From Cyanophora paradoxa CCMP329 (lineage: Eukaryota > Plantae > Glaucophyta), in contig QPMI01000117.1 in NCBI GenBank assembly GCA_004431415.1, forward strand, positions 320,516 through 384,515: a stretch of 64,000 nt of DNA. The letters are read 5' to 3'. A program made the position numbers and the translations under genes. Below, in pieces: positions 46,901 to 64,000 of this stretch; within the stretch, counting starts at the first letter, position 1, and every line of letters begins with the position of its first letter. The notes under the pieces are model-generated. The model ran no database searches, was not told where the DNA came from, and worked only from the letters and a program-made list of their open reading frames with translations.

Positions 46901-47859
46901 CGGGAGGTGCGGATAATCATCGTGCTGGAACGAAAGTAGGCCACCGCTCTGCGCATCTTGTCGAGCTGCGGGCCCGACGCCGGCCTGCGGGCGGGGCGCG
47001 GGGTCGGCTCCTCGAGAAACGAAGGAATGGAGGGGACGCGGGGAGAGGGATACCGCGTTCCGGGGGACCGGGCGAGATTCAGGAGGAAGCCCCGGACCGT
47101 GGCCGCGAGGTCTGCGGGGGGGTACGCCCGATCGGCGGGGGGTCGAACCGGGACGGGAGGCGGGGGAGGGGTACCGGCTGCGGCGGCCTCGCGGGCCTTG
47201 CGCGTATCGGGGCTCTCCTCGTCAGAGCTGTACCCGTCGTCGGCGAACGGGCCGCCGCGGCCGCCGTCCCGCTCGCTGTCGTTCTCGTCCCCGGATCCGT
47301 GCTGCTGCCGCAATGCGTCCTGCGCGCGGATCACCTGTCAGGAACGGGGACCGCGCGGGGGTACCGCGGCCTCGCACCATGGCCTCCCTGACGACGGGGT
47401 CGCCCCCCCTCCTCCGCCTCTTGGGCGGCGGCTGCTTCCCCTCCGCCGCCGAGCTGACTCCGGACTCTGAGTGCGCGTCCTCTGCGCTCTCCCGCGGCTG
47501 GGCCGGCGTCGCCTCCGCGCCCTCCTCCGCGCCCGACTCCATGGCGCCGTCATCCCGCGCCGAAATGGTGGGCGAGCCCGTCGCGAGAACCGAGGGCGAG
47601 CCGTCCGCCTGATCGTCGTCCGCGCCCGCCTCGCCCTCCTTCTCCCTCGTCGGGCTGCCGGGCGACCGCCGTGAGCTGCCTTTGCAAGCCGTGCGAACAG
47701 CAAGGCAAGGCGTCGCGACCCGGCGAGGGGCGCTCTCCGGGGCAAGGATCCGTGCTAAAGCTATGCAGCGGATACGTTCCGCGCCGCCGGGGCTCCTCGC
47801 TCTGTCTGCGCTCGCGGCGCGAAGCACCTTCCGTCGGCTGGGTCGTCGTCCTGGGTCAT
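43946..47859 (-). CDS. ELM2-SANT plus PHD-finger chromatin protein; start and exons below 44980 tentative
   Basis: ELM2 PRLGPRYQAVVPD. SANT WQAYEREQFDRTLF...DFTT..|KGYGDVIQHYYRWK. PHD CGIC..CDNC..HATC..|..CNKC. A phase-compatible intron at about 44859-44980 links further 3' exons. Confidence 0.75.
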
Positions 47860-48499
47860 CGCCGCGTTTCAGGTGGAGTCGAAGCTCCCTCCAGACGCCT
47901 GCGGCGAGACGCGGGACGCGACGCGGCGGTCAGCGCCGCCCGTCCCTCTCGCGCCATAAATGCGGCGCGATGCGCCCCTCGCGGCGCTTCGAGCGCACCT
48001 CCAACACGTCGTGTGCCAGCAACCGGGGCTTTTGGACCTCAAGGTGCCCAACTTCGGGCCCGATCCCGCCCTTGTTTGAGAGGGGCAAGGCCTCTTTCCC
48101 CTGTACCCCCCTGGCCAACAATTCAAGAAGTAAATGTACGGGCTCGCCCTCCGGATCTTCTGAACCTGCACAATCACCTAAGCTGGCCTCATTGCCCACT
48201 AACGTTAACTGATCATCTGGTCGCCATCGCATGCAAATGCGCATGCATTCCGAAGTTCCAAGCCTGCCGCGCCAGGCCTAGGCTGCAGCTGGCTTAAGCT
48301 TCCTACCCGGCGTAACCAGTAGGCTCATCTTTCGACTTGACACTTTACGGACACCTCAGTTCTATTCCTAGCCGTATTGTCTTGGTGTGTGCGAATTCCG
48401 AAGTTCATTGATAAAAGGCTGCAGCGCTAGCTGGCGAGGCCTAGCTATAGGCCCTGATGCATATGCCGGGCTCCATGATCACGCCGACGGGGCCTAGGC

Positions 48500-50553
48500 C
48501 TAGGCCTCGCACAGGGCGAGGGCGTGGAAGCCGCCGACGGAGACGTCGCGGCAGTGCGCGAGGCCCGGCACCGCCACCGGCCTCCCGAAGGGCACCTCGG
48601 CGCCCCGCGGCGCCCGCTGCGCCTGCACCTGCCGCGCGCCCGCCCCCGCCGAAGGCTGCAGCTGCGCCAGCAGCGCCTTCGCGAGCCCACCGAAGACGTA
48701 CACGTTGCCGGCGTCTGCCGGGGGACCAAGGAAGGTTAATTAAGCTTCGAACTCAGAGAAGGGCGGCGATTTGATCCGCGCGCACCGGTGACGGCGGCCG
48801 TGCTGTAGTACCCGGCGGCGATGCGGACGACGCGCTGGCCCTCCAGCGCCGCCGGAGAGAGACCCGCGACCGGCTTCGGCTCGTACACCGAGTACTCGTC
48901 CCCGTGGCCCAGCCTGCCCGGCCCGAGATCAGATCAAATTCAGATCAAATCTACTCAGGGGGCTGGCCTGCCGTGCTGGCCCCAGCCTGGATGGACGAAC
49001 GAGAGTTTCAGGGGGCGGCGCGCAGGGCGGGGATCCGGAGGTGGCGGCGGGGCGCACCGAACGTGTACACGGTGCCGTCCTCTGGTTCGAAGGAAGCAGC
49101 GGGGTTAGAGGGGGCGAGGGGGGCGGGCGAGGGCGGCGGCGCGAGCGCGAGAGCCCACCGTCCAGGAGGGCCGAGTGGTGCGATCCGGCCGCCACCTGCG
49201 AGAGACGGGGAGAAGCGTGCGGGAATGCTAGCGTCAGAGGGCTGAGGAAGAGAGAGGGACTGCGGGCCGGGGACAGGGCGGCGGGCCTGGACGATGGGCC
49301 TCGGGGCGGGGACCGGGTGCGGCGAGACGAGGCTGTCCGTGTCCGCCACGCTGCCCCCGTGGCCCAGCCGCCCGTACGTCGCTGCGCCCCGCTCGTGATC
49401 GAGGGCGAAAGAAAGAGAAGAAGAGCGGCTTACCCCTCCCCCAGGAGAAAACGGAGCCGTCTGAAGTCGAGGCGAGGACGTGCTCCGACCCGCACGCGAT
49501 CGAGGCGACGCGCGCCCCCCCGAGGTCGACCTCCGCCGGCTCGGAGACGAAGCTCGAGTCGCCTGCGCCGAAAAAGCTTGAGGGAGGGGGAGAGACGGGA
49601 GGGGGGTAAGACACGCCTTCCCCCTCGTTCACGATGGGGCGCTGCCGGTACTTGAACAGGTACCTGCGCGGTATTCGTGCGATGAGACGGTATCCCTAAG
49701 GCGGGCGGGCGGGGGGAGGCGACTGGGGGTACGCGCTTCTTGGAGTAGGCGATGACGGGCTGGAGCCTTCCGGCGTAGCGCCGGCCCCAGAAGAGGACCT
49801 GGCCGCCCGCTGTGAGCGCCGCGCTGTGAAAATCGCCGGCTGCGACCTGCCCGCGGGATCAAATCGCGGATCAAAATCGCGGATCAAATTGCGCGCCTGG
49901 ACGATGCGGTCCTCGGGGTCGCTGGGGCCGCAGAGGGAGGCGACGGGCGCGGGCGCGGGCCGGTCAGACGAATTTCCGTGCCCCAGCTTGCCGCTGGAGC
50001 CGAGGCCAAACGAGAGGAGGCGCCCCGCGCTCGTGAGCACCTGCCGCGGGCTCGTCCGCCCGCGGGCGCCGAGGCGGAGGGCGGGCTGCAGGTCCGCGCA
50101 CGAGCGAGTGATCCATGGCCGAAGAGACCTGAATCACGCGCTCTGCCGCGGGCGCGTCGGGTAGCGCGACGGGCCTGCGGCACGCGCGGAGCACGTCAGC
50201 GCGGCCCGAAGCGACCGCGCGTCTCGAGGCAGGACGTGCCCAGGATCCAGCGGAGGAGACGACGATGGAACCGCCGACTGCGTCCCGCGCCCCGTAGTCG
50301 CCGCCGCGCCGCACGTCCAGATCTAGAGCGCGCCGTCAGCCGTCCACGCGGACGAGTTGACGTAGCTGCCGGTCGCGGAGCCCCGTCAGCGCTTGGAGAA
50401 ATGCAAGTCGGCGCTGGATTCACACCCTGCAGCGACACCGGCAACGCGCGCCGGGAAGAGGTTCGCGGCGGCCGGCAAACTTGAGCGCTCGTCGGCATCG
50501 CTGACGCGGCCGAGCTGCCGCTCGCCCCCGCGACCGCAGCTGAAGCACTGCAT
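48500..50553 (-). CDS. RCC1-repeat protein, copy A
   Basis: GRLLSFGLGSSGKLGHG, IACGSEHVLA..DGSVFSWGRG, VAAGSHHSALL, VSVGGFHALAL. Confidence 0.88.
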
Positions 50554-52522
50554 GGGCGCATGCCGACCCGGCGGACTTGAGGCTGCCACCGAGCTCGCGA
50601 TCGAGACGCCGCGCGTGGGCGGGCGGCAGCTGCACGGCCGCCGCAGCGCCAGGGCGTATACGTAGGCAACGAATCGATGAGAAGTGAACTATCCGACAGC
50701 GCCGGCCTTGCGGCCCTTGCCCGCGGGGCGTGGCACGCCGTTTGCGTGCTTGATTCAACTTCAGGCTTGGGCGTCGATTCAACTTCAGGCTTGCTTTATC
50801 TTTGAAGCTAGCTGCATACATAGCGGGCATGCGCACGACACCGAGAGCTGGCTGCAATCGTCGGGAAGCGTGTACCCCGGGCCCAAAGCCGGGGCCGCCG
50901 GGCCTTAGCCGGCTCAATTGAAGCCAATATTCCGGAAAGCGAGGGCTTGGCACTGTTGGCAGCCGCTTGCAAGCGAGGCGCGCGCAACCGCGCAAACAAA
51001 CTCGATCAATTGCAAGCCATTTTGGAGGGCCCGCGGCCGCCTCGAGCTCGGTTTTATTCGGAACAAGCACGCGAACATGGCGTCGCGCACGAAGGGGATC
51101 GCAACACTGCGTGAAGCAACTCCTTCGCAGCCGCAGAGCTCAAGGTGCACTCTAGTTCGTTCTCCGCTCCGCTCCACCGCTGACCATAATCTTGATTCAT
51201 GATCAGGCGCACCGGCCGCGGCGGCGCTGCAACGCAGAGCTCAAGGTGCACTGAAGTTTGCCGCTCCGGATCCGCTCCGCCGCCGACTGTGATATCGATC
51301 TTGATTCAGGCGCACCGGCAGCGCTAGCGCTGCAAGCGGGCGCCGATATTCGCAAGCAGAGGTGCCACATGCGCTTCGTTGCCGCTCCGTCAACGCGCTC
51401 GCAGACCTCGCTTTCTCACTTGCTCGCAGGTGGACGCTCTTGTGGCGGTGGGTCGGGAGCAGGGTCGGGAGGAGGTACTGGTGCGAAGCTTCGTTTTCCC
51501 TGCCGCCTTCAGCTGCGTCTGCTGACCGCTCGTTGACGCGCTGGTGTCGCGCTGGTCTCCACTTCGAAATGCAGGCGCGCTTCTTTCCATGGACCCGCGC
51601 CCTGATCCGATTGTGGCCGTGGAGACCTGACCTGCGGGATTTTCGCTCGAGCAGGCAATAAGCGACCATACAGCGGCCGTTTTCGCTGGTCTCGCAGCAT
51701 ACTCATCGTTTGCTGGGCATATGTGTGCCTCAATCAGTGAAGAGCCAGTTAGCCCCTGGCCGCGGTTAGGGGTGTATGCCAAGCGCCTCCAAAGCTTCGC
51801 TGTTCTCTGCGGCGCGGAGGCAGTCGAAATCTGGTCTCGAAAGCAATAGCCTATAGCTAGCTAATAGCTATAGTAGCCTATAGCTAGTAGCGCTAGCGGC
51901 AGTATCAGCACATCGCGCCGATGATCATGATGGCTTCAGGATTCAGCAGACTGGCAGCAGTGTGCGTGTTGCTGAACAAATGGCATATGCATCCGGATCC
52001 AGGCCGCGGGGCGTCGCGCATCATGGCAAGGAGGTGGGTTGCAAGGCCTCGCAGCGCTAGCAGCGCGTTGCTAAGGGTCCAGCTGCAGCGCGCAATGGAC
52101 GCGTTAAATTGTAACGAGCAATTTAATTTGCAAGTCCTTGCTGAGCAGGAGTGGCCTTGGGCCTTGGGGCTTGCAATTGAAGGCGTGAGGGTGGCCGTTC
52201 TTTGTTTTTATCATAGTATAATTAAACGGGGCCCCGGGCCCGCAACCGCGCGCGGTTACCGAAGGGAGGGGAAAGGAGAACACGCTCAAGTGAGAGGGTA
52301 CAGAATTGTGCCGCAAGGGTACAGATCTTGCGATGAGCGGGATGCGCTAATATAAGCTATAAGCAGTTGGCTGGGCCCGAAGGCGCCCCAAGCAAGAGCC
52401 TCGGAGGGAAGTAAAGCCAATAATCCATCAGGCCGTCGGCACCATTATGAAGAACTGGGCCCAACAAGAAAAGCTGGGTGAGGGACCCCCGCGGCCGGGC
52501 CTCATGATCACGCGGACGGGGC

Positions 52523-54562
52523 CTAGGCCTCGCACAGGGCGAGGGCGTGGAAGCCGCCGACGGAGACGTCGCGGCAGCGCGCGAGGCCCGGCACCGCCAC
52601 CGGCCTCCCGAACGGCACCTCAGCGCCCCGCGGCGCCCGCTGCGCCCGCCGCCCGCCCGCCCCCGCCGCAGGCTGCAGCTGCGCCAGCAGCGCCTTCGCG
52701 AGCCCACCGAAGACGTACACGTTGCCGGCGTCTGCCGGGGGACCAAGGAAGGTTAATTAAGCTTCGAACTCAGAGAAGGGCGGCGATTTGATCCGCGCGC
52801 ACCGGTGACGGCGGCCGTGCTGTAGTACCCGGCGGCGATGCGGACGACGCGCTGGCCCTCGAGGGCCGCCGGAGAGAGCCCCGCGACCGGGTTCGGCTCG
52901 TACACCGAGTACTCGTCCCCGTGGCCCAGCCTGCCCGATCGAGGTCAGATCAAATTCAGATCAAATCTACTCGGGGGGCTCGCCTGCCGTGCTGGCCCCA
53001 GCCTGGATGGACGAACGAGAGTTTCAGGAGGCGGCGCACAGTGCGGAGATCCGGAGGCGGCGACGGGGCGCACCGAACGTGTAGACAGTGCCGTCCTCTA
53101 ATTTCGAGGAAGAAGCGGGGTTGGAGGGGGCGAGGGGGGCGGGCGAGGGCGGCGGCGCGCGCGAGAGAGAGAGCCCACCGTCCAGGAGGGCCGAGTGGTG
53201 AGATCCGGCCGCCACCTGCGAGAGACGGGGAGAAGCGTGCGGGAATGCTAGCGTCAGAGGGCCGAGGACGAGGCGTCGCGGGCCGGGGACAGGGCGGCGG
53301 GCCTGGACGATGGGCCTCGGGGCGGGGACCGGGTGCGGCGAGACGAGGCTGTCCGCTACGCTGCCCCCGTGGCCCAGCCGCCCGTACGTCGCTGCACCCG
53401 CTCGTGATCGAGGGCGGAAGAAAGAGAAGGGAAAGAAGAGCGGCGTACCCCTCCCCCAGGAGAAAACGGAGCCGTCTGAAGTCGAGGCGAGGACGTGCTC
53501 CGACCCGCACGCGATCGAGGCGACGCGCGCCCCCCCGAGGTCGACCTCCGCAGGCTCGGCTACGAAGCTCGAGTCGCCTGCGCCGAAAAAGCTTGAGGGA
53601 GGGGGAGAGACGGGAGGGGGGTACGGCGCGCCTTCCCCCTCGTTCACGATGGGGCGCTGCCGGTACTTGAAAAGGTACCTGCGCGGTATTGGTGCGATGA
53701 GACGGTATCCCTAAGGCGGGCGGGGGGGGGAGGCGACTGGGGGTACGCGCTTCTTGGAGTAGGCGATGACGGGCTGGAGCCTTCCGGCGTAGCGCCGGCC
53801 CCAGAAGAGGACCTGGCCGCCCGCTGTGAGCGCCGCGCTGTGAAAATCGCCGGCTGCGACCTGCCCGCGGGATCAAATCGCGGATCGAATCGCGGATCAA
53901 ATTGCGCGCCTGGACGATGCGGTCCTCGGGGTCGCTGGGGCCGCAGAGGGAGGCGACGGGCGCGGGCGCGGGCCGGTCAGACGAATCTCCGTGCCCCAGC
54001 TTGCCGCTGGAGCCGAGGCCGAACGAGAGGAGTCGCCCCGCGCTCGTGAGCACCTGCCGCGGGCTCGCCCGCGGGCGCCGAGGCGGAGGGCGGGCTACAG
54101 GTCCGCGCACGAGCGAGTGGTCCATAGCCGAAGAGACCTGAAGCACGCGCTCTGCCGCGGGCGCGTCGGGTAGCGCGACGGGCCTACGGCACGCGCGGAG
54201 CACGTCAGCGTGGTCCGAACCGACGGCGCGTCCCGAGGAAGGACGCACCCAGGATCCAGCGGAGGAGACGAGGATGGTACCGCCGACTGCGTCCCGCGCC
54301 CCGCGGTTGCCGCCGCGCCGCACGTCCAGAGCGCGCCGTCAGCCGCGGCCGTCCACGCGGACGAGTTGACGTAGCTGCCGGTCGCGGAGCCCCGTCAGCG
54401 CTTGCAGAAATGCAATTCGGCGCTGGATTCACACCCTGCAGCGACACCGGCAACGCGCGCCGGGAAGAGGTTCGCGGCGGCCGGCAAACTTGAGCGCTCG
54501 TCGGCATCGCCGGCGCGGCCGAGCTGCCGCTCGCCCCCGCGACCGAAGCTGAAGCACTGCAT
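52523..54562 (-). CDS. RCC1-repeat protein, copy B (tandem duplicate)
   Basis: 52495-54654 is near-identical to 48470-50652, introns included. Confidence 0.88.
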
Positions 54563-55059
54563 GGGCGCATGCCGACCCGGCGGACTTGAGGCTGCCACCG
54601 AGCTCGAGACGCCGCGCGTGGGCGGGCGGCAGCTGCACGGCCGCCGCAGCGCCAGGAGCTGCCGGCCGCCGCCGGCGGACGCTTGCATTGGGGAGCGCTT
54701 GCAATTAAGATATATTCGTGTAAGCACTTCCTCGGCAGCGTTGTTGGTCGGCTGGCTGCGCTTCCACGCACTACGTACCCGACCCCGACGCCCCCCCCCG
54801 GCCCCCCCCCCCCCTTCCCAGCTGCAGTCCCCTGCCTTGCTGCCGGCGCCGGCCGCGCGGGCAGCCGGACTGCCCGAGGCTCCCGCCCGCCTATTCCGAG
54901 CCAACGACGATTGATCATGAAGCTTAAGGGCGTCATACAGAATACAGATACAGATACCTGCCTCGCGGGTTTAATCTAGATCTGAAGGACTAAAGTACAC
55001 TGCAGTCTGAAGGTCTCCTAAAGGACGGAGGCGGGGAAGCGGAGTCGATCTAACTACAG

Positions 55060-57624
55060 CTAGGGCATGGGCCGCACGGCGTGGCGGGTGTCTGCGGGCG
55101 GCGGGGGGAGCGCTGCCGCCTCCGCCGGCCGCGCCGTCCGCACGGGGCACGCGAAGACCGCCGACAGGATCTGCTCGGATCAGATCAGATCAGATCAGAT
55201 CAGATCAGATCAGATCAGATGGGGGGGTTCGGCACCTCCTCCTCGTCGCCGAGGCCCGGAGGCGCGCCCTGCGGGGCGGAGTACGCAAAGACGGAGCGCA
55301 GGCCGGGCGAGAGCCGCGCGATCTCCTGTTGACGTGCTCAGATCGGCTCAGATCAGCTCAGATCAGATCAGATCTAGATCAGATCTAGATCAAGACTCCG
55401 CTTCTCAGAGCGGCGCACCTCGCAGGTGGCGAGGAGGCGCATGCCGCCGCCCAGGGCGAAGAAGGGCAGGCCGAGCTCGGCCAGCCCGGGCACCCGCCGC
55501 CTGGAGGCAGAGGCGGAGGAGGCGGCGGAGGAGGCGACGCGCTGCCCGCCCCCCGCCGCGAAGCGCATCTGAAGGACCCGAAGCACCCACTCCTGGGGGG
55601 GCGTGAGAGGGGGGTACGGGGGTACGGGAGGCGGAGGGGGGGGGGTACCGCGGCCGCCTCGGCGTGCTTGGCGCCGGCCGCGTCGGCGATCGCCACGTGC
55701 AGGCACTCGAGGCTCGCCAGCGAGGTCTGCGGGCGGCTCAGGGGGTACAGGACGACTCAGGAGGGTACGGCGCCTGTACCGCGGAGGGGGCGGGCCACTC
55801 GGCGGGATCGCGGTCCGAGCCGCGAAGGCATAGGCGGAGCTGGAGCAGGCGCGGGGACTCCAGGAGGCAGGAAAGGAGGGCCGGGGTGACCGCCGGCGGG
55901 GGCGGCGGGGGCGGCGCCTCGTCCTTGGACCTGGAAGAGCCCAGCCCGCAGAAGAGCGCCGGGTTCGGGTTCGAATCCGGGGAGGCCCCGCACTGGGCGG
56001 AGGCGGGCGGGGGCGGCGCCGCGTCCAGGGCGACCCAGCGCAGCGTACCCCTGTGGGGCTCCAGCGCCTTGGCCCAGTCCAGCGCCCCCGGGCCGAGCTC
56101 GCAGCCCGCGAGGGCGAGGCGGACGAGTGTACCCCCGCCCAGCTCCAGGAAGCGACCGAGGGCGCCGCCGTCGGCCCGTACCCCCGCCAGGTCGAGGCAC
56201 CGCAGGCGCCGGCCCCGGAACTTGCCCAGCGGGCCTGCGGGCGCCGCGTCAGGAAAGAAGTGGGGGCGCGGCGAACGGAGATGGCGTACCCGTCGGCGGG
56301 AGGCCCGTCCCCGCGCGGAGGCCCTCGCTGATGTCAATGGGGGCGGACGCGCGGCCGCGGCCGCCCGTCCGCTCCGCCCCGGCGATAGATAGCCGCGACG
56401 TCAGGCGGGGTACGCAGAATGACGCCGCGCATTCCGCCGGCAGGCCCAGGATCTCCAAAATCGATACCCGTCCGACTAGAAGGGGGCGACGTGTGAGAGG
56501 ATGGATGGGAGGAGGACGGGGGTACGCGACGCACATGGGCGGAATGCCTCGGGCAGGGATACGGACTGCTGTTCGGGGGGCTCGCCGGGTCCGGGGGGGC
56601 GGGGTGGAGGGGGATCGTTAATGTGGAGGGCGGCAAGGTTCCCAGGGGGGAGCTCCTGAGGGGGGTAGGTGAGTCTCGGGCCGCCGCGGCCCCGGAAGGG
56701 GGTACCGCACCCGGCGGGGGTTACGCGGATCGCCGACGACGAGCTCGCGCGCGTGTAGGGCGAGCTTGAGGTGGGGGTGCCGCTGCGCCGCCGGCCGGTC
56801 GGGGGCGGGGCGGGGCGGCAGGCGGGAACGAAGCGGAAGGGGGTACCTGCCCGTAGCGTGACTCGTACTGCGCGGCAGCGCGGAGCTGTGCGTGGCTGAC
56901 GTGCCAGGTCGCGGGCGGGAACTGCGCCGGCCCTCTCAGCTGGAAGGCGGGAAAACTGCGCGGGAGCGCCCGCGCACCCGATCGATGAGCGCCATCCACC
57001 GCCGGCACACGCCGCGGTAAAGCAGCGCCTGAGGCGCGATTTCCGAGACCTGCGCGCCGCGGGCGGTCGGGGATCAAATGTAACGCCACCGCGCGGGAAA
57101 CGAACGTGGGCGAGAATGTCGAGGAGGCAGTAGTCGGGGAGGTCGTCGATGGTCTTCGGAGGCGCGCGCGAACGCGAGAAGATGCCGCCGACCTCGAGGA
57201 CCAGCGGGCCGGGCGCGGGGAGATCCGGGGGCGGGAGACGGCGGACGGCCGGTTCGGACACCCGCGGCGCTGCAAGGACGGCGCGATGCCGCGACGCGCG
57301 AGCGTCCGGAACGCGCTCATCCTCGTCCGCGTCGTCAAGGCAGCGCTGCGGTGCCCGGCTGGGGCGCTGGCGTTGATCAGGCGGCGCGGTTCGCCTCGCG
57401 GCGACAGGCGGCGCGGCAGGTGGTGCAGGAGGGTTAGACAGCACGACCGGCCGCGCCTCTTCCCGCCTCGCTGGGGCTACAGGGGCCGGCGTAGCTGGTA
57501 CGCATGCTGGCGGTTTCGCGCCACTCGCCCGGGCGACGGCGGACGGCGACTTAGGCGATGGCGACCTCGTCCCGGAGCTCGAGCCGCGCCCGGAGCGCCG
57601 CCGGCTCCTGCTCCGCTGCCGCAT
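55060..57624 (-). CDS. F-box/LRR protein
   Basis: F-box IDDLPDYCLLDILAH|...GVCRRW and LRR-like LRCLDLAG, LVRLALAGC, LLQLRL. Confidence 0.72.
55178..55392. repeat. (GATCA)n microsatellite tracts in introns (also 62246-62268)
   Basis: Direct reading. Confidence 0.9.
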
Positions 57625-57902
57625 CTCTGTATCCCTGACTGCCCCCCCCCCCAAGTCAAGGACTGTACCCTTGCGCCTGAGAAGGCAAGAGGATTTAAGG
57701 GCGCCGGTCGGCACCGACTCAGCAGTGATGGACGCCGCTTTCGCACTGGGTCTCTCAGCAGGCGCGGTGCGTCGATCTGTGGTAGACGCGGCCCCGCGCC
57801 GCTCCGGCTAAGCTGACGCAATCGTTTGCGCGGCTGACGCTGGCGCGTAGGTCGGCGCGCGGCCCCGCAAGGAGTTCCTCGGCAGAAAGATCATCCAATC
57901 CG

Positions 57903-64000
<6,098 letters not shown>

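Noticed and set aside
44890-48210. TTAA-flanked piggyBac carrying the ELM2-SANT gene
   Set aside because: No TIRs inside the TTAA sites, and the gene probably splices across the left boundary.

Overview
GC-rich, intron-dense nuclear DNA from a plastid-bearing eukaryote. It has short introns with many GC-AG boundaries and a captured plastid rpoC2 fragment; the style is compatible with a glaucophyte such as Cyanophora, but that is inference. Most ORF-track entries are GC shadows, so gene models were rebuilt by hand across splice sites and their outer ends are approximate. Left to right: (1) an accessory block of ORFs with a repeated 45-nt intergenic motif, ending in a plastid-derived insert; (2) a PelF/Gtb3-like GT4 glycosyltransferase; (3) an ankyrin/cyclophilin chimeric pseudogene; (4) an apparent single gene fusing a patatin-like phospholipase to a full PDR-type ABCG transporter, which is the top candidate novelty; (5) small hypothetical genes; (6) an 8.6-kb nested transposon island with Tc1/mariner-type MITEs, two hAT elements and a 5'-truncated L1/Tx1-like LINE with an unusual C-terminal tail; (7) cyclophilin head-to-head with Nab2/ZC3H14; (8) an ELM2-SANT-PHD gene; (9) two tandem RCC1 genes; (10) an F-box/LRR gene; (11) a malic enzyme with about 25 introns that carry templated echoes of their own splice junctions.
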